From a virus: 64,000 bases of DNA. A program made the position numbers and the translations under genes. The notes beneath the pieces were generated by a model. It did not search any database. It was not told where the DNA came from and was given only the letters and a program-made list of their open reading frames with translations. Positions 19,383 through 28,402 of this stretch are shown one piece after another; position 1 is the first letter of the stretch, and every line of letters starts with the position of its first letter. The stretch lies in the UHGV virus genome UHGV-0385297. One strand, written 5' to 3'.

Positions 19383-19958
19383 TTTAGGTACATCATCTTA
19401 TACCCAAAACTCGCTCTGTCAGATTTTAAAATAGAAGAGTAGCTTTACATGGTCTGAAGTCCCCAATTTGGGTACATTTATATATACCTAAAATTCACTT
19501 TATCCAACTAAAGCAAAAATACGTTTAGGTACATGTAGGATATACCCAAAAGTGTAAAATTCCTTCATTTGGGTACATGCCAGCTATCACTTTTGTGCAG
19601 TCCATATCAAGATAGACTCATATATATCAAGAGAAGAGTATTGTACATTCACAATAAATTGTTCATGTACGATTACGGGCTTCGCCCTATATTTTGTTCT
19701 CTCTTTTTCTTTCTCTCCATTTGTTTTCTTCCTTTTGATATTTGGGTACATATATGTGTACCTATCTGCAGGTTTCTTTCTTCTTGTTTATTTTCTCTAT
19801 TTGGGTACATAGTTTATATACCTAAAATGAGTGGAAAAATAATAATATGTTCTTTAAATTGATTTCTTATGTATTTTTTTCATCTTTCTTTTATCCATTT
19901 CCACCTATTTTCACCTAAAACAGATTCGTATCCTCTTTCTTTTAAGATTTGGGTACAT
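19383..19958. repeat. Array of at least seven TTT(G/A)GGTACAT 11-mers, four with an inverted half-site (TACC(C/T)AAAA) 5-8 bp downstream
   Basis: Copies lie near 19383, 19465, 19523, 19569, 19737, 19800 and 19948. Further copies are at 20630 and 24118. Confidence 0.8.
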
Positions 19959-20146
19959 GCTTCAGCTCCGATCCAGTCATAGTCTAATGGTTCCTGGCAG
20001 CAGTGTAGGTAATAATCAATCTGTCCTATTAACCATTTATCCGAATTATTTTGTGATGCTGATAAAGTTCTTCTTTTAAAGCTATGTATTCTTGTTTATG
20101 TTCTTCATCAAGTGTTGACCATAGATCCACAGGATATAACATCATC
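19880..20146 (-). pseudogene. Frameshifted ORF
   Basis: MMLYPVDLW...HHKIIRING stops, then continues in the +2 frame as WLIGQIDYY...KWIKER. No single intact frame is 60 aa or longer. Confidence 0.35.
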
Positions 20147-20353
20147 TTATTTGTATCCTTTCTTATATAAGTCTTTGCATACTGCATAACCGATTGATGC
20201 CAAGTCATTGCCTTTTTTAATCTTTTCTTTCCAATTCTGCATACATACCTCTATAGAATTGGGAAATTTATAAGTCTTGTAAAATTCGTACATGATTGCA
20301 TATAACTCTTTAAATTCTTTTACTGTATAAATCTTTGTTTCTTTTGATGTCAT
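20147..20353 (-). CDS. Hypothetical small protein
   Basis: The ORF is 68 aa. Confidence 0.45.
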   Translation of the reverse strand: MTSKETKIYTVKEFKELYAIMYEFYKTYKFPNSIEVCMQNWKEKIKKGNDLASIGYAVCKDLYKKGYK

Positions 20354-20925
20354 TTTGAATTACCTCATTTTCTGTTTTATTTTATTGCTATATTATTGTT
20401 CTCCATTTTAAAATTTTTTCTTTGGATTTCTTTTTGTCCTGTTTCTGATCAGAAGAGTAATTAACTTTCTTCATATGCTATTAGTAGATCTACGATCACT
20501 TTTTAAGGATTAAAATCCATTTGGATGGCCCAGGTGATAAGTTGCTATGGTGCGAGATTCAACTGTCTTATTTTTCTGTGAGATAAGATTTAGGCTAATG
20601 AATATCCTGGATGGCTATTCAGGTACATGTTTTGGGTACAATGTTTTGTCTACCCTTGGAAATTCTTTCTTCGCAGGCTCAGAAAGACCGTCCCTAATCA
20701 TAGGGACTATTTCTTGTCAGTTTTTAGATAGGGGAGTAGTTAATGATCAGAATGAGATGTTCTACGAAATTCTTTACATGGGATTTGGTAACTCTGTGTG
20801 AGTTTTTGATACCTATTTTCGTTTCTAAGTATGCGAGTGGTAAGTTGGTAGGGTAGGAGAGTAAAATGGCTAGAATTTTTCTGAGCGTTGATTTAAACAA
20901 ATGATATTTTAGAGATATGAATTAG

Positions 20926-20958
20926 GTACAAAAAATAAGACACCCTGATCAGGATGCC
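20926..20958 (-). terminator. Rho-independent terminator for 20966-21820
   Basis: On the minus strand a CAUCCUG..CAGGGUG hairpin is followed by UCUUAUUUUUUGU. Confidence 0.55.
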
Positions 20959-20965
20959 TTATCTA

Positions 20966-21820
20966 CTATGATGCTTTATCAAAAATGGTTGTATATTTAG
21001 TTTGGGTTGTTTCCAGCTGCATAAGATTATACTGTCGCAGAAGTGTATCTACTACGTTTTCGAACAATACTCTAATGTGAGGTGAATGTTCAATGGCATC
21101 TAAGGTATAACATGTTTTCAGTTTATTTTCATAGCAATAATCTTCTTTTAGCTGATTTAAATCTATATCAGGATAGAGATTCTGCATTTCTCTGTAAAGG
21201 TTCTTATATAATTCTGTATAAGAAATATCAAAATATTCTGCTAAGAGCTGATACTTTGGGAACATCTTTGTGGACCAATAGGAATATTTACGCTGAGAGA
21301 TTGATTTCTGTGTAGTCTTAAGATTATTGATCTCATTTTGCATAACAGTAATAGTAGTAGTGATGTCTGTCATAGCTTTTGTTAATTCGGATACTGTTTT
21401 AGTTAATGAAAATACTGCATCTGTGACTTGAGTAAAATCATTCATTGAGACCAGATCATTGTGTCGGTATTTTTCTACAATATCCCATACCCAATCCATG
21501 AAAAGGTTTGCTTTTGGCTGTCTGGACCAACGGCAGATTTCCATAACACCACGTTCTGTATAATAAACACGCTCTTGTTCTTCGCTCTTAGTCAGGTTAG
21601 TACCAATTTGGTACTGACCTAATTTCATTCTTATACATAATGGATCTAATCTATCCTTATGCTTAAGATGAATTCTTCTAATACACATTGATGGATCAGT
21701 ATATTCTAACGCCTGACCAATCTGTTCTCTTGTAAGAAGGATATCATCATTCATATTACGATAGAAGCTGCAGGATAAATTATTAAAGGTTTCTGTGGTT
21801 ACTAATTTTAATGTACTCAT
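20966..21820 (-). CDS. Bro-N/ORF6N-like antirepressor-family protein
   Basis: The N-terminus FNNLSCSFYRNMNDDILLTREQIGQALEY...ERGVMEICRWSRQPKANLFMDWVWDIV fits the family. Confidence 0.55.
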   Translation of the reverse strand: MSTLKLVTTETFNNLSCSFYRNMNDDILLTREQIGQALEYTDPSMCIRRIHLKHKDRLDPLCIRMKLGQYQIGTNLTKSEEQERVYYTERGVMEICRWSRQPKANLFMDWVWDIVEKYRHNDLVSMNDFTQVTDAVFSLTKTVSELTKAMTDITTTITVMQNEINNLKTTQKSISQRKYSYWSTKMFPKYQLLAEYFDISYTELYKNLYREMQNLYPDIDLNQLKEDYCYENKLKTCYTLDAIEHSPHIRVLFENVVDTLLRQYNLMQLETTQTKYTTIFDKAS

Positions 21821-21920
21821 TTAGTTGTCTCCTTATGTATTTTTACTTTGTTAGTGGTTACATAAGAATATTCTCCTAATGAGTTAGGATTTGTTTACAG
21901 TTTAATTTGTAATAAAATCT

Positions 21921-21950
21921 TTCTTTGTATATTGAATGTTGTATGTTATA
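21921..21950 (+). promoter_or_regulatory. Sigma-A type promoter for 21986-22849
   Basis: TTGTAT, a 16-nt spacer and an extended -10 (TGtTATAAT) sit in the divergent intergenic region. Confidence 0.45.
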
Positions 21951-21985
21951 ATCATGTATAAGTCATATAATTTTAGGAGGAGAGC

Positions 21986-22849
21986 ATGAGAAGATCGTTA
22001 AAGGATTTGCGCGGTGTCGAAAAAGATTCATATAAAGGTTTGCCTGAAGAGCTGAGAGAGTTCAATTATTATATTCCTGATTGTGGCAATGTAATTATGG
22101 CTGTGCCTGAGTGTTTATTAGAGAAAGCAGAAGAAAACGGTGAACTGGATATGTTTGAGTGTCCGTTTCCTGTAAAGTATGTGTTGGAAAAAGGATATAG
22201 AATATATAAAAATCACGTTATTTGTGAAGGAAAGTATGATAAGTTTGTTGGATTGCAGGTTGAAGAGGATTATTATGAATATAATAGACCAAGTAAGAGT
22301 AGTGGCGGATCAATATATACAAATGCGTTGATTAATGCTCTCAAAGGTAAGGTCTTTCCATCTTATATAGGGATGTCAGAAGGCACATTATTTGATATGA
22401 GTGATACAGGAGCTACTTTGACCATGTTTATGTATGATCCTGAAAAAGATGAAATTGCACAGTTTGATAGGTCTAAACCAGTTGAGATTCGATTTGCTGC
22501 TATAAAAGATGTCATTATGATGACTATTAAATTGGGCAATTTAGAATGGTGGGAAGCACCATACAGTGTTCATTTAAGTAGGAATTTGACACGGATGCCG
22601 GTCATTGAAGATGGTAAGGGTATTAATCTTACTTTGATGTTAGTTAATATTAGAACTGGAAGAGTAGAAAATGTAAAAGTAGTACAGCTATCTACAGAAT
22701 TTAGTGTTGCGCTATGCAAGGCTATTGATAAGCAGAGATCTACGAAGTTCTCGAATACAATGTATAATATAAATATTGATCGGTTATATGATATGTATAC
22801 TGCGGATCAGCTGGCAGAAATGGGTACTGCAAGGTGTAAGATTGGTTAA
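21986..22849 (+). CDS. Hypothetical protein
   Basis: A 287-aa ORF with a GGAGGAG RBS. Confidence 0.55.
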   Translation: MRRSLKDLRGVEKDSYKGLPEELREFNYYIPDCGNVIMAVPECLLEKAEENGELDMFECPFPVKYVLEKGYRIYKNHVICEGKYDKFVGLQVEEDYYEYNRPSKSSGGSIYTNALINALKGKVFPSYIGMSEGTLFDMSDTGATLTMFMYDPEKDEIAQFDRSKPVEIRFAAIKDVIMMTIKLGNLEWWEAPYSVHLSRNLTRMPVIEDGKGINLTLMLVNIRTGRVENVKVVQLSTEFSVALCKAIDKQRSTKFSNTMYNINIDRLYDMYTADQLAEMGTARCKIG

Positions 22850-23340
22850 TGGTAGAGTGGATTTGTAGTATAGATATAATGGTAGATACGACAAGTTAAT
22901 AATCGGATACGTTAGAACGATCCCTGGGTAATGGTATGTTATGTACTGTTACTTGGGGATTTTTTGTTGTGTAATTGTGTTGGGATGGATCGGAATGGAT
23001 GAAGGGTATGTTTTGATGTGTTATGAGTTGAAAACATGGAATCGTAAATTCCCTTTAATATAATGAAGAAACACGTTTTAAGATTAGAATTTTAATTTTT
23101 GGGATGTTGCATTTTTTGAAATTTTGGTGCGATTTTTATTGAGATTGCGGGATTTTTACGATAAGGGGGCCGATAACAGTTTTTGAGGTGGTGACGAGGG
23201 GATTTTGGGCGTAGTTGTGGGGAAATGGAGTGTTGGGATTTGGAATGTAGATGGGAGAGGAGCGTGATACACCTGGATGAGTTGGAAGTGGTGGGTGATT
23301 TGGAAGAGATGTTCAAATTTTAATTTGAAAGTTTGATTTT
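22850..23340. other. GT-rich, nearly cytosine-free tract with no ORF
   Basis: About 490 bp of G/T runs (GGGATTTTT three times, GTGTTGGGAT twice, GGGG runs). The opposite strand is C/A-rich and G-poor. Confidence 0.7.
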
Positions 23341-23467
23341 GAACTTAGTGTGTAGATGAAACAGCTACCGGCTCTGGTGAAAACACTTTAGCACTTTAAA
23401 GTTTTAACCAGCCCCCATAAACAATAATAGTAATAATTACTGTTATTTTACACGGTTTTTTCCTATT

Positions 23468-23481
23468 TTACCGTAGCCGAA
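23468..23481. promoter_or_regulatory. LexA (Cheo/SOS) box CGAACATATGTTCT
   Basis: It matches the Bacillus-type consensus CGAACATATGTTCG at 13 of 14 positions. Confidence 0.6.
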
Positions 23482-23506
23482 CATATGTTCTGTTATTTGA
23501 TCCGAC

Positions 23507-23520
23507 TTCTGGCAATCGAA
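23507..23520. promoter_or_regulatory. LexA (Cheo/SOS) box CGAACATATGTTTG
   Basis: A 13 of 14 match to the consensus, 39 bp from the first box. Confidence 0.55.
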
Positions 23521-23662
23521 CATATGTTTGCTTATTGACTGTGAGCTATGATAGTTTTTTAAACTTTTACATGTAGTATTGATAACTACATGTAATGATA
23601 TTTAATACTATAAGAGGTAGTTCGACAGTGAAAAAATAATATCGAAAAAATTAAAATTGTTA

Positions 23663-23691
23663 TTGACAATCACACTATCATGTGATATATT
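23663..23691 (+). promoter_or_regulatory. Consensus promoter with a TCACA-N6-TGTGA operator in its spacer
   Basis: TTGACA, a 17-nt spacer (atcacactatcatgtga) and TATATT. Confidence 0.7.
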
Positions 23692-23763
23692 ATAGTCAAG
23701 TTCATAAAGAACGACAGCGGGAACGCTGTTATAGCACTTTTAAAAGTTTTTAGAAAAAAGTGC

Positions 23764-23792
23764 TTGACAATCACATGAACGTGTGATATAGT
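23764..23792 (+). promoter_or_regulatory. Second tandem promoter with the same operator
   Basis: TTGACA, a 17-nt spacer (atcacatgaacgtgtga) and TATAGT. Confidence 0.7.
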
Positions 23793-23799
23793 CATTAAT

Positions 23800-24400
23800 G
23801 TAAGAACAAAGTAGTTCAGTTCTTACAGCCGCTAAAATGCCCATGTGGGGCGGTGGCAAGTTCCTTGTCAATTTAATAGGAATAAAGCCCATGAATTGAA
23901 AAATTCACAGGCTTTAAAAGTTGGTTTGATAAACCAAACCGTAGCAAGTTCAGTTTATCATTCTATCTTTCATTTGTCAAGTCTGGCAAGTGTTTTCCTA
24001 TTAATCGGCTACCAGTGACGGCACTGGTGGACTTTGCGCAACGGTCAAGATAACAATACTGGATGCCCGCAAGAGTGTCTAGCGTTTACGCAAGTAAGCG
24101 CATTGTGAAAATACCCGTTGTGGGTACATTGAAAAATAAACAACTTATACAGTGTTTTATAAAGCGTTTGGCATTTTCAACAACGGGTGAATTCCCCGTT
24201 AAAATGTCCGTGTAGCGTATAAAAGCGTTACACTAGCAAGCTGGACTTAGCACGACTGCGGTTGTGAACGTGTTCGCATTTGCGCACTTAGCTTGCTACT
24301 GGTGAAAATCCCACACTAGGATTCTGAAATCTTGCCTAGTAGTGACCCGTAAGAAGGTAGGAAGTCGGTTTAAGGCTGAGAAGCATTTTGGACAATAAAT
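23800..24400 (+). ncRNA. Candidate large structured RNA or leader (GC-rich island, no ORF)
   Basis: GC is about 45-48% against roughly one-third in the flanks. Nested inverted repeats include AAAGCC..TGAATT..AATTCA..GGCTTT, GGTTTG..CAAACC, CCCGTTGT..ACAACGGG and TAGCAAGCT..AGCTTGCTA. It lies downstream of two strong promoters. Confidence 0.3.
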
Positions 24401-24538
24401 AAAATGATTGTAAGACGTGTCGTTATACATAGGTCAAGGGGCGGACTAGCACTACCAGTCTGTCCTTTGCTCGTGTGCATAACACGGCAACTACAAAAAA
24501 TAATTTTAATTCCGCAATGCGGAGAAAGAGGTATTTAT

Positions 24539-25339
24539 ATGAAGATTAACTTTTTAGCAAACTTTGAGAAAGTAACTATCAACGCTATTGTGCCAGCGGT
24601 ACAGTATGAGGCTAACCTGATGCTTCAGACTATGAATGATGAAGCAATCGCTAAACAGGATAAAATCATCTCTAATCAAAAAGGTGGTTACTCTGAGGAC
24701 GAAATTAAGGTAGCAAAGGACAAAAAGAGTAAACTGGAAGCCGCTAACGCTGAACTTGTAATTGCTAATGCTGAACTTGAGCCACGCTACAAGTCTACCC
24801 TGGAAGTAGTTACCAGTGCTAACAATGGTCATGTATCTAATGACCTTGTAGCGTTCCGTAACATTTTACGGCTTGTGGCATGCTCTGATAATAGCAAGTT
24901 TTTCCGCTATGCCATTATCACAGATGTCGATTTTTCAACGTTTTATGACCTGTTTGAAAAGTGCCATTCTATCGATGGTGACTTTGATGACAATGGTATG
25001 CGTGTATACCTTAATCAGGCTTGGAACACCCATAAAGACATCAAAGCTGAGATTGAAAAAATCCTTAAAAAAATGTTTTCACTCGTTGCTGACAGTGATT
25101 TAACCAAAAAAGTTACTATCAGATTTAACAAAACAGACCTTGGCATCTTACATGAGTGTTACGTCACAGGTCTGACCGTTTCTGCTAAAAAGGATAAAAA
25201 CGGTGAGGTAGTAGTGGGTGATTATAAATTTAGAACTGTAATCACTCGTAAGAAAGACAAGGATGGCAATGATAAGTTTGAAGGTGACAAGTTCAAAGAA
25301 CTCATTGCTAAAATTGCGTTTGGAAAACTGTATGCATAG
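24539..25339 (+). CDS. Hypothetical protein (first gene of the plus-strand block)
   Basis: An ATG with a GAGAAAGAGG RBS. The longer track ORF would start inside the structured region. Confidence 0.6.
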   Translation: MKINFLANFEKVTINAIVPAVQYEANLMLQTMNDEAIAKQDKIISNQKGGYSEDEIKVAKDKKSKLEAANAELVIANAELEPRYKSTLEVVTSANNGHVSNDLVAFRNILRLVACSDNSKFFRYAIITDVDFSTFYDLFEKCHSIDGDFDDNGMRVYLNQAWNTHKDIKAEIEKILKKMFSLVADSDLTKKVTIRFNKTDLGILHECYVTGLTVSAKKDKNGEVVVGDYKFRTVITRKKDKDGNDKFEGDKFKELIAKIAFGKLYA

Positions 25340-25428
25340 TTTTCACAGGACACAGCGGTTTAAGGGCGGTTCAACTCCGCCCGTGTCTAGTTATAGAAAA
25401 TATAAACAATTTACGGAGGTAAAATAAC

Positions 25429-25683
25429 ATGAATATGGTTCAGGTACAGAAAATGTTAATAAACGTATACCGTGATTACATCGGTATGGGCAGAAGGCAG
25501 AGCGAAATGGATAAAAGCGTTCTGTCTTTTTTAATGCAGGAATATTCCCAGACTTGCATGGACTGGGAAGAAATCCAGTGGCTCTGGATCCAGTATCTTA
25601 AAAAGGGTGTATTGGATCTTCCAGAGGCAATGAAAAGAGCCAAATTAAGAATAGAACAGGAGACAGCGGTATGTGTAAGGTAA
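25429..25683 (+). CDS. Hypothetical protein
   Basis: It has a GGAGGT RBS. Confidence 0.55.
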   Translation: MNMVQVQKMLINVYRDYIGMGRRQSEMDKSVLSFLMQEYSQTCMDWEEIQWLWIQYLKKGVLDLPEAMKRAKLRIEQETAVCVR

Positions 25684-26069
25684 AAGTGTATCACACAATT
25701 TCCAGGGAAGTATTTCACGGAATGCAATTTGCACCATTTTCTATCCGTGCGGTATTTGAGAACGGAACAGAGCTTGTATGCTCTGAATTTTCCAGAACTG
25801 AAAGCGGTATAACAATGTACCTGTACAACGGAAGTGGTGCATGGAAACGTATCTGCAATAACGGCATTTATGCGGATTTAATGGAAAAGTATTACCGCCG
25901 TTGGTTCAAAGAAAAACATGATAGTCTGAACTATGCAGCTATGATGAAACATGACCGTAAACGCAAAACAGGTTCAGCTGGACAGAGGCTCACACCATTC
26001 TGCGGACAGGTCACAGACTATGAATGTGCGAAAATTCCATTGCATGACTTTCGCAGAGTATGGAACTAA
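25671..26069 (+). CDS. Hypothetical protein
   Basis: A GGAGA RBS; it overlaps the previous gene by 13 nt. Confidence 0.55.
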   Translation: MCKVKVYHTISREVFHGMQFAPFSIRAVFENGTELVCSEFSRTESGITMYLYNGSGAWKRICNNGIYADLMEKYYRRWFKEKHDSLNYAAMMKHDRKRKTGSAGQRLTPFCGQVTDYECAKIPLHDFRRVWN

Positions 26070-26086
26070 CAAAGGGAGGTAGCGAA

Positions 26087-26242
26087 ATGTTAGAAATAAA
26101 TAATGATATTAAGATTATTACAGACGCAATTAACACTTTTGGAAGTTGTACTATGCACATTCTTCCAAAAGACAAAGAAGAGAAATTAACAGAACTGGGA
26201 TATGAAATATCCCGTAAAAGTTGGGGAATTATTATAAGATAA
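26087..26242 (+). CDS. Small hypothetical protein
   Basis: RBS GGGAGGTAGCGAAATG. Confidence 0.45.
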   Translation: MLEINNDIKIITDAINTFGSCTMHILPKDKEEKLTELGYEISRKSWGIIIR

Positions 26243-26256
26243 TTGGAGGTAGCGAA

Positions 26257-26340
26257 ATGATGAGTTTTGTTTGGGTAATGTGTGTATTTTTCGGTGGTAT
26301 GGCATGTGGTTATTTACTTACTGATAATAAGGAGGATTAA
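26257..26340 (+). CDS. 27-aa hydrophobic peptide
   Basis: MMSFVWVMCVFFGGMACGYLL, preceded by the same GGAGGTAGCGAAATG context as the gene upstream. Confidence 0.35.
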   Translation: MMSFVWVMCVFFGGMACGYLLTDNKED

Positions 26341-26344
26341 GGAT

Positions 26345-26710
26345 ATGAAAAGAGAAATGACTAGAGGAGAAATGAGACTGTATTTAACTGGCAATGCCAG
26401 TGTATGGGTAGGTAAGACATTTGCACATGGTAAAAACATGCGCATGGTATCCAGGTTCACAGAAGAGGCAGATTATACCTGTGAGTATGATGGTGAGGAT
26501 CTGGGTGATGGATTCTGCACACATGACGTAGACGAGGCACTTGACTGGTTATTCGGTGTACGGAAATCAAACTACCAGAAGCATTATTTCTACTTTGCGA
26601 CTGGGGAAAATGTAAAATCAATCTGCTTTTACACATCAGAGGACGCATGGGAATTTGTAAAAGAATACGCAGATAGCGGTTATGACTGCGTAGTAGAAAG
26701 ATATATATAA
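26345..26710 (+). CDS. Hypothetical protein
   Basis: RBS AAGGAGGATTAAGGATATG. Confidence 0.55.
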   Translation: MKREMTRGEMRLYLTGNASVWVGKTFAHGKNMRMVSRFTEEADYTCEYDGEDLGDGFCTHDVDEALDWLFGVRKSNYQKHYFYFATGENVKSICFYTSEDAWEFVKEYADSGYDCVVERYI

Positions 26711-26866
26711 AGGCAGACCATGCTCTGCCAGCTCTGAGTTATGGAAACCGCTACGAGGTTCAGAGCAGACAACGGAATTTATTTCGGCTAATATCCATAG
26801 GTAACTTGTAAACCAGTATAAAAACCGTTATACTTGACTTATAAAAGTGAAAGGCGGTGGAAAGGA

Positions 26867-27043
26867 ATGGAAGGCATGAGCGAAAGCGAACTGATTGCTG
26901 TATTAATCGATAAGTACACAGATTTACAGCGAATCAAAAAAGCAAACGGCGGAGTAGAAAACGCAGAACTTGATTATCAGATTAAAGTCACCACTGCGAA
27001 ATTAGCTTCTATGAAGGTAAATGTAGAAGATTTAACTTTATAA
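26867..27043 (+). CDS. Hypothetical protein
   Basis: A 58-aa ORF with a GGTGGAAAGGA RBS. Confidence 0.4.
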   Translation: MEGMSESELIAVLIDKYTDLQRIKKANGGVENAELDYQIKVTTAKLASMKVNVEDLTL

Positions 27044-27120
27044 TCCGTCCGGGATTCAGGGGCAAGGGATATAAAAATTCCTTGCTCTTTTTATGCCTAA
27101 AATACAGGAGGTAAAGTGAT

Positions 27121-27651
27121 ATGTGTAAATATTTCAGCGGATGCAAAACAAAACAGCAGCTTAAAGTACGGTTTAAAACTCTGATTAAAGAGAATCACCC
27201 AGACAATGGAGGGGATCTGGAAACAATGCAGACCATAAACGCAGAATACGACAGATTAGTTAAAATTCTTCCAGATATTCCAGGTTCAGAAACAGAAATG
27301 CGTGATGAAAAAGAAAAATCTGCACGGAAACCAGAACCAGAAAAAACAGAAACCGATTTTACAGACTTATCAGACGCAGTAAAACAGGCTATAGCCAGAG
27401 CAACGCAGATACCAGGTATTGAAGTGGAAGTGTGTGGTTCTTGGGTATGGGTATCCGGAAATACTTACGCAGTTAAGAATACATTGAAAGAAATTGGCTT
27501 CCGGTTCTCAGGCAAAAAGAAAATGTGGTATTTCCATGAGGAAATTGAAGGACGGAAATACTTCAAACGTAAAAGAGAAATGGATATGGGATCTATCCGA
27601 TCTAAGTATGGTACGGAAACTATGTATCATAGGGAAGTATGCTTAGGGTAG
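27121..27651 (+). CDS. J-domain (DnaJ-like) protein
   Basis: The HPD tripeptide appears in LIKENHPDNGGD inside a J-domain-like N-terminus. RBS AGGAGGT. Confidence 0.65.
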   Translation: MCKYFSGCKTKQQLKVRFKTLIKENHPDNGGDLETMQTINAEYDRLVKILPDIPGSETEMRDEKEKSARKPEPEKTETDFTDLSDAVKQAIARATQIPGIEVEVCGSWVWVSGNTYAVKNTLKEIGFRFSGKKKMWYFHEEIEGRKYFKRKREMDMGSIRSKYGTETMYHREVCLG

Positions 27652-27703
27652 TGCCTAGTATGACGGCAGAAGAGAAATTTTCTGTCGTTGATAGTGGGTA
27701 TTA

Positions 27704-27732
27704 TTGAAAATCACATGTATATGTGATAGAAT
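27704..27732 (+). promoter_or_regulatory. Third promoter carrying the TCACA-N6-TGTGA operator
   Basis: TTGAAA, a 17-nt spacer (atcacatgtatatgtga) and TAGAAT, directly upstream of the Cro-like gene. Confidence 0.65.
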
Positions 27733-27763
27733 GGAGGTAATTATATAGGACGGAGGAAAGGAA

Positions 27764-28045
27764 ATGATAGTATATAGAAAACTAAACAATTTGCTAAAAG
27801 AAAAAGGAATGACATGGAAAGATTTATGTCAAGCAGGAATTAGTGTTAATATGCCAACTAAATTTTCACTAAATAGAGTAGTGAAAACAGATGTTATAGA
27901 TAAAATTTGTGCATATTTACATGTTCAACCCGGTGACATAATGGAATGGGTAGAAGATGAGGATGAATTAAAGCAACTTGAAATAGAATCGCAAATCGCA
28001 GCACTCAAAAAGCAACTCGCAGATCTTAAAGGAGACAAACCATAA
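27764..28045 (+). CDS. XRE/Cro-type HTH regulator
   Basis: The HTH LKEKGMTWKDLCQAGISVNMPTKFSLNRVVK is present. The gene's own promoter carries the operator shared with the 23.7 kb promoters. Confidence 0.65.
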   Translation: MIVYRKLNNLLKEKGMTWKDLCQAGISVNMPTKFSLNRVVKTDVIDKICAYLHVQPGDIMEWVEDEDELKQLEIESQIAALKKQLADLKGDKP

Positions 28046-28254
28046 TGACCATAACCGGTGCATACCAAAAAGACCAGAACTTCACAACCATCTATACAGA
28101 AGATACCCTTTATACCATTGCCCGCAATACAGGTGAATGGAGTTACAGAAAAATGGGTGATTGGTTAGCTTGCGGAGGCAAATTAACACCTGAACTATTC
28201 CAGGAATGGAAAGCAGAATGTACTGAAACAGGTACGTTTAACCTTAAGGAGTAA
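28045..28254 (+). CDS. Hypothetical protein
   Basis: An ATGA start overlap with the previous gene. Confidence 0.5.
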   Translation: MTITGAYQKDQNFTTIYTEDTLYTIARNTGEWSYRKMGDWLACGGKLTPELFQEWKAECTETGTFNLKE

Positions 28255-28270
28255 AGTTAATACGCAATGT

Positions 28271-28312
28271 AATAGCATCTACCAGAGAAAAATCTGATAG
28301 GTGCTATTTCTT
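28271..28312 (+). terminator. Hairpin terminator (repeated element)
   Basis: AATAGCATCTA..TAGGTGCTATT followed by TCTTT. The same stem recurs at 29097. Confidence 0.45.
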
Positions 28313-28339
28313 TATGGAAATCAGTGTCATAAGTGCCAT

Positions 28340-28368
28340 CTTGACAATACAACAAATTTGATGTATTT
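28340..28368 (+). promoter_or_regulatory. Promoter for higBA
   Basis: TTGACA, a 17-nt spacer, and TGtATTTT. Confidence 0.4.
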
Positions 28369-28402
28369 TAAAGGTAGAATACAAAGGAGGAAGTTTTAAA
28401 GT

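Noticed and set aside
19569-19862. A 97-aa plus-strand ORF inside the palindrome array
   Set aside because: It spans the repeated TTTGGGTACAT motifs, has odd low-complexity composition (FFFLSICFLPF) and has no RBS.
19383-19958. CRISPR array
   Set aside because: Repeat spacing is irregular (30-170 bp), the repeats are dyad-symmetric binding-site-like motifs rather than fixed direct repeats with unique spacers, and no cas genes are present.
20547-20801. An 84-aa plus-strand ORF in the 20.4-20.9 kb gap
   Set aside because: It has no RBS and lies opposite the transcription direction of the flanking genes, inside the predicted terminator and leader region.
23092-23316. A 74-aa minus-strand ORF in the GT-rich tract
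   Set aside because: Its composition (P/S/K/H-rich) is driven by the C/A-rich strand bias, and it has no RBS.
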